DNA from: an uncultured delta proteobacterium
GTDB lineage: Bacteria; Desulfobacterota; Desulfobaccia; Desulfobaccales; 0-14-0-80-60-11
NCBI GenBank assembly: GCA_963739295.1
Contig: CAVTZS010000005.1
Span: 88,713-152,712 of the forward strand
Length of the DNA stretch: 64,000 bases
Direction: 5' to 3'
Shown here: piece after piece, positions 1 to 9,156 of the stretch
Position numbering within the stretch: the stretch's first letter is position 1
Layout of the letters: every line of letters starts with the position of its first letter
The notes under the pieces: model-generated
Seen by the model: the letters and a program-made list of their open reading frames with translations, nothing else
What the model was told of the DNA's origin: nothing
Databases searched by the model: none
Made by a program: the position numbers and the translations under genes

Positions 1-1
1 C

Positions 2-742
2 AATGCCCAGGCCCGGGCTCTGGCCCAGGGGCGGCGGATCCAAAACCTCTACCGCCTGCCTAACCGGCTCCTGGGCACGATCCGGGATGAGGAAACCTTC
101 CAGGTGGAGGTCAAGATTCAGGATGACCAGATATCCTATGAGTGCTCCTGTCCCCAGGTGGAGGGAGGGGAGGTTTGCTCCCATGTCCTGGCTTTGCTGT
201 GGGCCTGGGTCGAGGAGCCCGGGAGATTCTTAAATCAGACGGAACTCAAGGACCATCTGAAGAAATACTCCAAAAAGGAACTGGTGGATATCATCCTGGA
301 TCTGTCAGAGCGGGTCCCGGAGGTGCGGGGTATTTTGAAAGAGGAAGACCAGGGGCTGGAGGACATCCTGGAGTCCATTGACCGGGTCGTGGAGGAGACC
401 TCCAGCGATTCACCCGCCCTGGCCGATGCTGAGAATAAACTGCGGCAGGCTCAGGTTCGGGCCGACCGTTTGGCCCAAAGCGGCTATCTGGCGGAAGCCC
501 GCTCCATCTACTTCTATCTCCTGGATAATATTCTGAGCCTGGAGGAACGGTTCCAAAAATTCATTTCCCCGGAGTTAAAAAAGGAACTGTTCGAGGAATA
601 TTGCCAATTCATCCACGAGGACCGGCAACTGGAGAAGGAGCTGGTGCAGCAGGAGATTGAGCAGCTGGAGTCTCGCTCCCCGACGTTCAGGAGTGACCTG
701 GACCTGGCCGAAATAAAGCGGGAGCTGAATCTCTCAGGGTAA
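2..742 (+). CDS. SWIM zinc-finger domain protein (5' end outside window)
   Basis: The frame is open from base 2, so the listed start at 104 is only the first GTG. It has the CxC...CxH SWIM signature 'YECSCPQVEGGEVCSHVLALLWAW', followed by an acidic helical C-terminal region. The stop is at 740-742. Confidence 0.7.
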   Translation, partial: NAQARALAQGRRIQNLYRLPNRLLGTIRDEETFQVEVKIQDDQISYECSCPQVEGGEVCSHVLALLWAWVEEPGRFLNQTELKDHLKKYSKKELVDIILDLSERVPEVRGILKEEDQGLEDILESIDRVVEETSSDSPALADAENKLRQAQVRADRLAQSGYLAEARSIYFYLLDNILSLEERFQKFISPELKKELFEEYCQFIHEDRQLEKELVQQEIEQLESRSPTFRSDLDLAEIKRELNLSG

Positions 743-765
743 CTGGAGATAAGTCCCTTTCTGTC

Positions 766-2001
766 TCAGGACCCATCCTCTTTGGGGGGGATGGGTCTTG
801 TTATTTCCGGCCGGGCGGCCTCAGGGACGGGAGACGGGGCCAATATCGCCCTCTCATAAATGCGGAGCAGCGACAGGAGAAAGGACAGGATCAGGGGCCC
901 CAGGATGAAGCCGATCATCCCAAAATAAGCGATGCCTCCCAGGATGCTGAACAGGATGAAGATACTGGGGGTGGAGCGGGTCCCTTTCATCAGCAGGGGC
1001 TTGAGAAGGTTTTCCACGGAGCCGATGAACACCAGGCAAAAAAGGAATAAGCCCAGGGCCTTGGTCAGGGCCCCCTGGAATAAAAGATAAAGGGCCGCGG
1101 GGACCCAGATAAGGGCGCTGCCCACTATGGGAATCACCGCCGCCGGGACCATGAGCGTCCCCCAGAAGGCCGCCTGGGGAACGCCGAAGAGCAGGAAGCC
1201 CACCCCCCCTAAAATCCCCTGGACCAGGGCCACCACCACCGTGCCCCGCAGGGTGGCCTTGATGGTTTTCTCCATTTCTTGAAGGATTTCTTCGTTATGC
1301 CCCGCTTCCAGGGGAGAGAGCTTCTTGATCTCCTCTATGAAGTCATCCCCTTGCAAAAACAGAAAAAAAGTAATGAACAGGACCAGGATCAGATCAAGTA
1401 AGAAGGTGGTAAAGCCCTTAATCAGGCCGATGGCGTTGGCATAGATGAACTGCGAAGCCTGCTTGAGGATAGTCTGGACCGTTTGCTCCAACTTGATCTG
1501 CTCCGGGGGCAGGGGCAGGTTGAGGTGGACCAGATACTCCTGGACGGCACTTATCTTGGCGCTCACCCAGGGCCAGAGGTGGCCGCTTTGCAGGCCCTTG
1601 CCCACGACGCTGGAGAACTCCAGGGCCTGATTGGCAATGATACTCACCAGGCTAAAGAGGGGGATACAGATGAGCAAGGCCAGAAAAAGGCAGGTGAGCC
1701 CGGAGGCCAGGGTTTGCAGCCCCCAGAGGGCCCGGGTGATGAGCCGATACAGGGGCTTGAAGGTGAAAAACAGCACCAGGGCCAGGAAGATGTCGATGAG
1801 ATAGGGTTTGATGATGAGATAGGTGAAATATAAGACTAGTAGCGTCACCGCGCCAAAGAACAGCCGGGCAAAATGAGTGGGGAGAGCCGCCTTTTCCTCC
1901 GGCGCCGGCGTGGGACAGACTTCCGCCGGGCCCGGGGGAGGCGCTACCGGGGCCTCGGGCTCGGGGGGCCGCTCGCTACTGGGTTCAGGTTCTTTAGCCA
2001 T
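766..2001 (-). CDS. AI-2E family transporter (PerM/UPF0118)
   Basis: 411-aa ORF with a Pro/Ala-rich N-terminal tail followed by multiple hydrophobic helices. The conserved C-terminal region 'GSVENLLKPLLMKG' is typical of UPF0118. Confidence 0.75.
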   Translation of the reverse strand: MAKEPEPSSERPPEPEAPVAPPPGPAEVCPTPAPEEKAALPTHFARLFFGAVTLLVLYFTYLIIKPYLIDIFLALVLFFTFKPLYRLITRALWGLQTLASGLTCLFLALLICIPLFSLVSIIANQALEFSSVVGKGLQSGHLWPWVSAKISAVQEYLVHLNLPLPPEQIKLEQTVQTILKQASQFIYANAIGLIKGFTTFLLDLILVLFITFFLFLQGDDFIEEIKKLSPLEAGHNEEILQEMEKTIKATLRGTVVVALVQGILGGVGFLLFGVPQAAFWGTLMVPAAVIPIVGSALIWVPAALYLLFQGALTKALGLFLFCLVFIGSVENLLKPLLMKGTRSTPSIFILFSILGGIAYFGMIGFILGPLILSFLLSLLRIYERAILAPSPVPEAARPEITRPIPPKEDGS

Positions 2002-2198
2002 AAGGAAAAGTTAAGCTTGAACAGGTCCTTAAGCTGGCACTATACGGCAAAATTCCAGGTTTGCAAAGGGGGGAAAAGGCTTTAAGGGTAAGGGAGTAAT
2101 TGGGTGGACTCACCCTGGCTTCCCGAAGCCGACACGAGGATATTTTTGGGAATCGCCTACCTTATTGAGTCTTGCCTACCTGTTTCTTTCCCCGGGAT

Positions 2199-2675
2199 TT
2201 AGGGCGTACGGGGCAGAGTGCGCCTGGTTATGGGAGGCCCAGTCCTTCTCAGTCCTTGTAATCTTTTTCTTTCTACCACTAACTCATCCAGGCATTCCTC
2301 CGAAACCTTCAATATTTTATCCATCGCGTCCAATTCCCGGGTCAGGTATTTTTCATGACATTGTTTGGCATAGGGGAGCAAATAACCCCGGTTAAGGCAG
2401 AAGCTACGATAATCCTTCAAGGTGGATATTTTCTTAATAAGTCGCTGGTTAGGGTTAATCTTTTGGAATTTCTCCAGGAGGCTGTCGATGGAATCCCTTT
2501 TCAGGTCTTTATAAGAGAAATCGTAGGGGAAGATGCGCTCCCGATTCCGCAAATTAACCCCGGTGGAGGAACTGAGGTACATTCTTAGGGACTCTTCAAG
2601 GTAATGGATATTCAATAAGGAATTTTGCATCTTGGACCAGTAGTCCAGAAGTAATAAGGTCGATTTTTCTGACAT
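2199..2675 (-). CDS. hypothetical protein
   Basis: 158-aa ORF that is visibly lower in GC than its neighbours. I recognise no motif, and the C-terminal tail may be overextended. Confidence 0.4.
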   Translation of the reverse strand: MSEKSTLLLLDYWSKMQNSLLNIHYLEESLRMYLSSSTGVNLRNRERIFPYDFSYKDLKRDSIDSLLEKFQKINPNQRLIKKISTLKDYRSFCLNRGYLLPYAKQCHEKYLTRELDAMDKILKVSEECLDELVVERKRLQGLRRTGPPITRRTLPRTP

Positions 2676-2754
2676 GGCTTCCCTCCAGGTTGGCGGCTTG
2701 GAAAGCTGTTAAACGCCTTTTATGGTGGGCATTGCCCACCCTACACCTTCTTAT

Positions 2755-2813
2755 GGGGGTTGGGAGGGGGTGTGGGGGAGGGCAGGGGCCGTCGGCCCCT
2801 GGCCCTCCCCCAC
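2755..2813. repeat. GC-rich REP-like palindromic element (copy A)
   Basis: GGGGTTGGGAGGGGGTGTGGGGGAGGGCAGGGG-ccgtcgg-CCCCTGGCCCTCCCCCAC, immediately 3' of nrdJ. It belongs to a family with 9 or more copies in the window. Confidence 0.7.
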
Positions 2814-2819
2814 AATCCC

Positions 2820-5031
2820 TTAACTACACCTGGAAAAGCCGCAGGAGCGGCACACCAGGCAGCCGCCTTCGGGTTCCACGGCGCCGCCGCAGTCCGGGCA
2901 GGAGCCCATGGTGGCTAGCGTAGGCGCGGGCGGGTCCACCTGGGCCACCCGGGAGAGCACCTGGGCGATGGCGTCCGGGCAGGAGAGCACCTGACGGCCG
3001 TTTTGCCAGTTGGGGCTGGGGCAGCGGATGCCGGTGATCTGCCTGATGATGGAGTCAATCTTCACCCCGGAGCGCAGGGCCAGGGAGATGAGGCGGCCGG
3101 TGGACTCGATCTGGGACGAGGCGCAGCCCCCGGTCTTGCCCATCTGGGCAAAGACCTCGCAGAAGCCCAGGTCATCGTGATTCACCGTGACATAGAGCTT
3201 GCCGCAGCCGGTGGTGATGAGTTCGGTAACCCCGGTGGTGCGCTCCGGCCGGGGCCGGGGGGTAAGGTATTCCAGCGTCTGGGCCTTGGCCCCGCCATAG
3301 CTGAGCACCTGCTCCTCCCGGCTGCCGTCCCGGTAGATGGTCACCCCCTTGAGGCCCATCTCGTAGGCCATCAGGTAAACCTGGCGCACGTCTTCCGGGG
3401 TGGCCTGGTGGGGGAAATTCACCGTCTTGGAGACCGCATTGTCGGTATATTTCTGGAACGCGGCCTGGAGGCGGATGTGCCACTGGGGAGAGATTTCGTG
3501 GGCCGTGACAAAGAGCCGGCGCACGTCCTGGGGGATTTCCTTGAGGTCCCGGATGGAGCCGGTCTGGGCGATCTGGCGCATCAGCTCCGGGGAATAAAAC
3601 CCCTGGCGCTCGGCCACCTCCTCAAAGTAGGGGTGGACTTCCACCAGTTCCGTGCCCTCCAGCACCCGGCGCACGTAAGAGACGGCGAAGAGGGGCTCGA
3701 TGCCGCTGGAGCACCCGGCGATGATGCTGATGGTGCCGGTGGGGGCGATGGTGGTGGTGGTGGCGTTGCGCATCCGGCCCAAACCGTTGCCCTCATAGTT
3801 GCTCCCGGCAAAACGGGGGAAATTGCCCCGGCGATCCGCCAAGGCCGCGGAAGCCTGCCGCGCCTCCTTCTGGATAAAGGACATCACCTCTTCCGCCACC
3901 TGGATCGCCTCTTCGGAATTATAGTGGACCGAAAGCTTCAGGAGCATATCGGCAAAACCCATCACCCCCAGGCCGATCTTGCGGTTCTCCAGGGTGCGCT
4001 CTTTGATGATTTCCAGGGGAAAGCGGTTGGCGTCGATGACATTGTCCAGAAAGTGCACCGCGGTGTGCACCAGGCTGGCCAGGGCGGGATAATCGATCTG
4101 GCCGTCAACCACCACCTGGGCCAGGTTAAGAGACCCCAGGTTGCAGGACTCGTAAGGCAAGAGGGGCTGTTCCCCGCAGGGGTTGGTGGCTTCGATCTCC
4201 CCCAGGTGGGGCACGGGATTGTCCCGGTTGAGGGCATCGAGAAAGATGATGCCGGGCTCGCCGGTGGCCCAGGCGCTCTGGACGATGAGGTCAAAAAGGG
4301 CCGCGGCCTTGACTCTCTCTACCTCCTGGCCGGTGCGGGGGTTGAGCAGGGGGAAGTCCTCATCCAGCTTCACCGCCTCCATGAAGGCATCGGTCAAGCC
4401 CACGGAAAGGTTGAAATTGGTGAGGCGTTTGGTGTCGTTCTTACAGGTGATGAACTTCTCGATATCCGGATGGTCGATCCTAAGGATCCCCATGTTGGCC
4501 CCCCGGCGGGTGCCCCCCTGCTTGATGGTCTCGGTGGCCACGTCGAAGATGTTCATAAAAGAGATGGGGCCGGAGGCAATGCCCTTGGTGGAGAGCACCG
4601 GGTCATTTTCCGGGCGGATGCGGGAAAAGGAGAAGCCGGTGCCGCCGCCGGATTTGTGGATGATGGCGGTATGCTTGATGGCCTCGAAGATGCTCTCGAT
4701 GGCGTCCTCCACGGGCAGCACGAAGCAGGCGGAGAGCTGGCCCAGCTCCCGGCCGGCGTTCATCAGGGTGGGGGAGTTGGGCATGAAGGAGAGGCTCGCC
4801 ATGAGCTCGTAGAACTTGCGGGTGGTGGCCGCCACCTCGGCCTCAGGGTCGTATAAGCGGTCGATGGGCGATGGTCTCCGCCACCCGGCGGAACATCTCC
4901 GGCGCGCCTTCGGCCGCCTCGCCCGTCTCGTCTTTTTTGAGATAGCGGCGCTTCAGCACCACCTGGGCATTGGGGCTCAGGGGCAGTCCCCCGGCGATTT
5001 CTCTGGCTTCTTCCCCTTGCAGGGCCATCAT
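2820..5031 (-). CDS. nrdJ: adenosylcobalamin-dependent (class II) ribonucleotide reductase, interrupted by an apparent frameshift near 4860-4870
   Basis: The 671-aa body carries 'FMPNSPTLMNAG', 'SACFVL', 'GGGTGFSFSRIRP', 'NPCGEQPL' and a C-terminal Cys4 zinc ribbon. The separate ORF 5031..4843 carries the canonical N-terminus 'VLKRRYLKKDETGE...MFRRVAETIA' in another frame. Confidence 0.85.
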
Positions 5032-5070
5032 TTCCTCCTTGAATCAGGCGGTTGCCGAAATTGCCTTAAA

Positions 5071-5118
5071 AAGCGATATGTTGGGGCATTGCCATAATAA
5101 GACCACAATATATAGTGC
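5071..5118 (-). promoter_or_regulatory. pair of NrdR boxes upstream of nrdJ
   Basis: 5104-5117 is CACAATATATAGTG, an exact match to the core of the NrdR consensus acaCwAtATaTwGtgt. 5071-5086 (aagCgATATgTtGggg) is a weaker second box. The centres are 32 bp apart, and both lie 40-85 nt upstream of the nrdJ start. Confidence 0.6.
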
Positions 5119-5330
5119 CGCCACTTTTTGCGTAAGTCAAACATTTTTTCTTTATATGATAAATTTTTTTGAAGGTTTTGCCTTGTCAAAAGATAGATAG
5201 GAAGGTTTGAAAAGGCCACGCCTGTGTTAAGTGTCTCCTATCTAAAGGCTCGCCGCCAATTCTCAATTTGCCTTTTCTCCGGGGCTAAGGTATAAAAATT
5301 GTTAAGACACTTGGGAGGGCAGGAAAAGTT

Positions 5331-6320
5331 TTGTCGGCCAAACACATCGGCATCCTGGGCACCGGGGCTTACGTGCCGGAGCAGGTTCTGACTAACCAGG
5401 ATTTAGAAAAAATGGTGGACACCTCGGACACCTGGATCCTGGAGCGCAGCGGCATCCGGGAGCGGCGCATCGCCGCGCCGGAGGAGGACGCGGTGAGCAT
5501 GGCCCTGATCGCCGGCCGCCAGGCCCTGGAGGCGTCCGGGATAAAGCCGGAGCAGTTAAGTTACCTCATCCTGGCCACCAATACTCCCGCCTATTTCTTC
5601 CCCGCGGGGGCCATCCAGGTCCAGGAAGCCTTAGGGTTGAATGGCTGCCTGGCTGCTTTTGATCTCCAGGCCGGCTGCTGCGGCTTCAATTACGCCCTGT
5701 ACGTGGCCGAACGGCTGGTGGCCCCGGAGGGCAAATACGCCCTGGTCATCGGCAGTGACGTCAATTCCCGGTTCACGGATTGGACGAACCGCGCCACCTG
5801 CCTACTCTTCGGTGACGGGGCCGGGGCGGTGGTGGTGGGCCCGGCCCAGACGGGCCGCATCCTGGCCTCCTTCATTGCCTCCAGCTTGAATATGAAGCTT
5901 TACTGCGAAACCGAGTTCAACTCCGAAGTCAGCCCCTTCCTCCCCTACCAGACCACCACCTCCCGGCATTTTCTCCAGATGGACGGGCCGGAGATCTTCA
6001 AGTTTGCGGTCACTGCGGTGAGAGAATCCATCCAACGCATCCTGGAGATAGCCCAGATACAGCGGGAAGACCTGGATTACCTCATCATCCACCAGGGAAA
6101 CTACCGGATCCTGCAAGCCGGCGCTAAGTTCGCCCGGGTCCCCATGGATAAGGTCTTTGTCAACATTGACAAGTATGGCAATACTTCTGCGGCCTCAGTC
6201 CCTCTGGCCCTGCACGAAGCCTTGCAGGAGGGCAAGATCAAGGAAGGGGACAAGGTGCTCCTGGTGAGCTTTGGGGCCGGGGTTACCTGGGGGGCCACCC
6301 TGCTGCAGTGGGGGCGGTGA
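5331..6320 (+). CDS. fabH: 3-oxoacyl-ACP synthase III (KAS III)
   Basis: 329 aa with a TTG start. It has the active-site Cys context 'AGCCGFNYAL', the His context 'IIHQGNYRI' and the Asn context 'YGNTSAASVPLAL'. Confidence 0.85.
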   Translation: MSAKHIGILGTGAYVPEQVLTNQDLEKMVDTSDTWILERSGIRERRIAAPEEDAVSMALIAGRQALEASGIKPEQLSYLILATNTPAYFFPAGAIQVQEALGLNGCLAAFDLQAGCCGFNYALYVAERLVAPEGKYALVIGSDVNSRFTDWTNRATCLLFGDGAGAVVVGPAQTGRILASFIASSLNMKLYCETEFNSEVSPFLPYQTTTSRHFLQMDGPEIFKFAVTAVRESIQRILEIAQIQREDLDYLIIHQGNYRILQAGAKFARVPMDKVFVNIDKYGNTSAASVPLALHEALQEGKIKEGDKVLLVSFGAGVTWGATLLQWGR

Positions 6321-6342
6321 GGGAGACATGAGGGGGTGAAAC

Positions 6343-6401
6343 GTGGGGGGAGGGCCAGGGACTTGAAGTCCCTGCCCTCCCCCCACCCCCCCTCCCAACC
6401 C
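6343..6401. repeat. GC-rich REP-like palindromic element (copy B, inverted relative to A)
   Basis: GGGGGGAGGGCCAGGGA-cttgaa-GTCCCTGCCCTCCCCCC followed by CACCCCCCCTCCCAACCC. The reverse complement aligns with copy A, including the GGGTTGGGAGGGGG extension. Confidence 0.7.
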
Positions 6402-6416
6402 GCGTAAGCTTATTAT

Positions 6417-6457
6417 TTAAAAGAGAGGCAGGGCCCTTGGCCCTGCCTCTCTTTTAA
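6417..6457. terminator. bidirectional Rho-independent terminator between fabH and the nrf operon
   Basis: Perfect 14-bp stem AGAGAGGCAGGGCC/GGCCCTGCCTCTCT (6422-6435 and 6439-6452) with a 3-nt loop. It is flanked by an A-run on the left and a T-run on the right. Confidence 0.7.
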
Positions 6458-6501
6458 GAAACTCAGCAATTGGGTTGGAGGCCTCAAGTCTTATAGGAGA
6501 A

Positions 6502-6891
6502 CTATTTGCCCCCGCTTCTGATGGTAGCCACCAGGGCCGGGGTGACGGCCGGAGCCTGGTTGGCCCAGGTATGGCGGATGTAAGTCACCACCGCGGCGAT
6601 TTGCTGGTCGTTGAGCCGGTCCTTCCAGGTAGGCATCTGCCCCAACTGGCCCTTGCGGCCATTCAGGACCGTGGCGATCACCGGCTGGGGATCCCCTAGC
6701 ACAAAGGGGTCTTTATTCAAGGCCGGAAAGGTGCCGGGGAGCCCTTCTCCGCTGGCGCGATGGCACATGGCGCAATTGTCATTAAAGATCTCTTTCCCTT
6801 GCCGGAAAAGATCCTCAGGTCCCTGGGCCAGGACCCAACCGGCTGCCCACAAGCACAGGCTCAGGCTAAGGACTACCCCCAAAATCCTCAT
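6502..6891 (-). CDS. monoheme class I c-type cytochrome (secreted)
   Basis: 129 aa with a signal peptide and a single 'CAMCH' heme motif. A distal Met region 'GQMPTW' is present. Its ATG overlaps the nrfA stop (ATGA). Confidence 0.75.
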   Translation of the reverse strand: MRILGVVLSLSLCLWAAGWVLAQGPEDLFRQGKEIFNDNCAMCHRASGEGLPGTFPALNKDPFVLGDPQPVIATVLNGRKGQLGQMPTWKDRLNDQQIAAVVTYIRHTWANQAPAVTPALVATIRSGGK

Positions 6892-8399
6892 TTTCCCCCC
6901 GTCAGGCCCAAAGATGCTGCCGGGGTCAGCAGGTACTGGATGCCATAAGGATCCTTGAATTCCTCCTGGGGCTGGAACATCAGCTTCTTGACACCCCGGT
7001 TATTGACATACTTGGCCAGGTCGAGATTCACGTCTGTGGGGATCATCACCCCGGCTTTAGCCGCGGCCTCCCGCCCCAGGGCGGCGGACTTGGAGGCCAT
7101 GGCCACCGCATCCCCACAGATCCGCTCTGATTCCGTAGGATTGTGGAAGCCCACCGAATTTTCTGCCCCTACATAGTTCACCCGGTAAAAGGCCTCCTCA
7201 TAAAGGTCCTTGGCCTGCTGGTAGAGGTCTTTATCGATGGGCTTGCCTTCGGCCTGGGCCTTGTTGACTACCTCAATGATTTTGGCCGCCGCCGCGGTGG
7301 CATAGCCGGCCCGCAGCAACAGGGTCACCGTGCGCTCCTGGGCGACGATGACCCGGTCTTTGAGCCATTCCTCGGTTTCGGCGTGGCACTGTTGGCAGGC
7401 CCGCAGGTGATCCTTCAAGGGACTGCCCAGGTTATGATTCGAGATTTTATTTACTCCCACCCGGATATAGGGCATGTGGCAGTCGGCGCAGGCCACGTCG
7501 GCTTTCCAGTGGGTGCTGTTACGGCTATAAAACTCGTACTCCGGATGGCGGCTGTAACCCAACTTGAAACCGGTTACCGTCTGCTTCCACTCCAGGTAAG
7601 AAGGATCGCTCTTGAGGACCTTGATGATGTTTTCCACGGAGATATCTCCCACCTTGCTCCCCTGCCAGGGGAAGAAGACGCCGATGGACTTCATTTCTTT
7701 ATCTTTGGGGATTATATAAGAGACATGGCACTGGGCGCACACCAGGCTGCGCTTCTCCTGCCGGGTCAGGGTGTTGTGGTCTTTGCCCATGTCCTTCAAG
7801 GCCTTGTCCAAAGTCCAGCGGGAGAGCTTCAGGTCCATGGTCTTGTTGTCATGGCAGTCGATGCAGGCCACTCCCATCCGCTGGAATTGCGGCGGGATCT
7901 GGGCATGCACTTCCACGTAAGGAGTACTGAAATAGGCGGGTCCCAATTCCTTTTGCAGCTTGGGGGCAAAGGGGGTCTTGCAGGTCAGGCAAACCCCGCC
8001 GGCCTTCAGGCGGGAAGGGTCGATCTCCAACTGGTCGATGAGCATGTAGTAATGCCCCCGGGGTTCGTTGTACTCGACGCCGAACCCCCAGCCATTAAAG
8101 AGCAGGGCCATGAAAGGATACTCGCTGAGCTTGTCGTATTTTTTCAAGGTCGTGTCATAACCCTTTTTGTATGTGCTCAGCCCCGGGGGGGTGGGTTCCT
8201 TGGTCTTCAGCCAGTAATCGTATTCCAGAGGATAGGCCTTGCCCCAATCGGCGGGGTCATAATCTCCGTCGGGGATGGTCACCGTCTTTACCGGCTCCGG
8301 TTTTTGGGGCGAGCAGGCGCTCAAAAACGCACCCATCCCCCAAAAGGCTAGCGCCCCCAGTATCAAGATCGGTCCTCTCAGTCTCATAAGTACACCCAT
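6888..8399 (-). CDS. nrfA: ammonia-forming cytochrome c nitrite reductase, pentaheme subunit
   Basis: 503 aa with five heme sites: 'CLTCK' (the diagnostic CXXCK), 'CIDCH', 'CAQCH', 'CADCH' and 'CQQCH'. It has an N-terminal signal or lipoprotein-like sequence. Confidence 0.9.
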   Translation of the reverse strand: MGVLMRLRGPILILGALAFWGMGAFLSACSPQKPEPVKTVTIPDGDYDPADWGKAYPLEYDYWLKTKEPTPPGLSTYKKGYDTTLKKYDKLSEYPFMALLFNGWGFGVEYNEPRGHYYMLIDQLEIDPSRLKAGGVCLTCKTPFAPKLQKELGPAYFSTPYVEVHAQIPPQFQRMGVACIDCHDNKTMDLKLSRWTLDKALKDMGKDHNTLTRQEKRSLVCAQCHVSYIIPKDKEMKSIGVFFPWQGSKVGDISVENIIKVLKSDPSYLEWKQTVTGFKLGYSRHPEYEFYSRNSTHWKADVACADCHMPYIRVGVNKISNHNLGSPLKDHLRACQQCHAETEEWLKDRVIVAQERTVTLLLRAGYATAAAAKIIEVVNKAQAEGKPIDKDLYQQAKDLYEEAFYRVNYVGAENSVGFHNPTESERICGDAVAMASKSAALGREAAAKAGVMIPTDVNLDLAKYVNNRGVKKLMFQPQEEFKDPYGIQYLLTPAASLGLTGGK

Positions 8400-8408
8400 C
8401 CTTGCAAG

Positions 8409-8873
8409 CTAAGGGGTCCGGGTCTCTATGGCCCCGGTGCTTCTATGGGACATGCGGCGGTGGCAGAACCAGCACTTCCGCTCTTCATTAATGCGGGCTA
8501 TGGTCTCGGCATGGCAGCGCCGGCAATTTTCCAAAACCACCGCGGCGCCATGGTCGGAAATGCGGATAGTTTCGGGGACAAATCCCAAATGGAAGGCAAA
8601 AAAGTCCTTGGCGCCATCCAGGCCCTTCCACACCAGGTGTCCCATGAGCTCATGGGGCAGGTGGCAGTCCGTGCACTTGGTGCGGTAATGGGCCGAATGA
8701 CGCCAGGCGTCATACTCCGGCTCCACCGCGTGGCAACTGCCGCAGAACTCGGGGCTCTCGGACCTGGCGTAGAGTCCGGGCGGTCCAAAGCCCACAAAGG
8801 CCCCCACACCCACAATGATTATGACAATAATGACCAGATAGAGCAGGAAGCGCGATTTCCTGGGTCGGCGCAT
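8409..8873 (-). CDS. nrfH: tetraheme cytochrome c quinol dehydrogenase (NapC/NirT family)
   Basis: 154 aa with one N-terminal TM helix and four CXXCH motifs (CGSCH, CTDCH, CRRCH, CWFCH). It lies directly upstream of nrfA. Confidence 0.9.
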   Translation of the reverse strand: MRRPRKSRFLLYLVIIVIIIVGVGAFVGFGPPGLYARSESPEFCGSCHAVEPEYDAWRHSAHYRTKCTDCHLPHELMGHLVWKGLDGAKDFFAFHLGFVPETIRISDHGAAVVLENCRRCHAETIARINEERKCWFCHRRMSHRSTGAIETRTP

Positions 8874-9100
8874 CAGTCACACCCTGATGGTTTCCGGCAT
8901 AATAGCACCACTCAGCCTGTCAGGGTTAACAAAAATGAAAGGTGTCTGATAAATTTTTTAGTGGAATATGGCGCGGTTATGAACTGCGGGGCCTCGCCCC
9001 CAGAACAAGAGCAAAAATCATCCCAGGTCAGCAGTTCAAATAAAAATTAAAACTCAAATTTGATAATTCAATACCTGGAAATTAAAAAAAAATGAACCTA

Positions 9101-9153
9101 AGGGATTGGGGGTGGGAGTAAGGGTCTGCGCCCCCTGGCCCCCTCCCCCAACC
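9101..9153. repeat. degenerate REP-like element (copy C)
   Basis: The reverse complement reads GGTTGGGGGAGGGGGCCAGGGGG-cgcaga-CCCTTACTCCCACCCCCAA. It sits between the hemW 3' end and the nrfH upstream region. Confidence 0.5.
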
Positions 9154-9156
9154 TGC

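Noticed and set aside
2035-2050. Sigma54-like TGGCACtatacGGCAA on the plus strand.
   Set aside because: The GG-to-GC spacing is one base short of the consensus register. There is also no plus-strand gene downstream for more than 3 kb.
3003-4856. Very long antisense ORFs inside GC-rich genes. Examples are 3003..4856 (+, 617 aa), 7143..8351, 12231..13043, 14132..14839, 21960..22754, 42704..43318, 50083..50976 and 53891..54649.
   Set aside because: They lie opposite genes with clear family signatures. Their products are low-complexity Gly/Arg/Pro/Ala-rich sequences typical of shadow frames in GC-rich DNA, and none has a recognisable motif.
9060-9071. FNR/CRP-like palindrome TTGATAATTCAA upstream of nrfH.
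   Set aside because: The half-sites are TTGA-N4-TCAA, whereas the FNR consensus needs TTGAT-N4-ATCAA (TTGA-N6-TCAA). The spacing is wrong, and the surrounding region is simply AT-rich.
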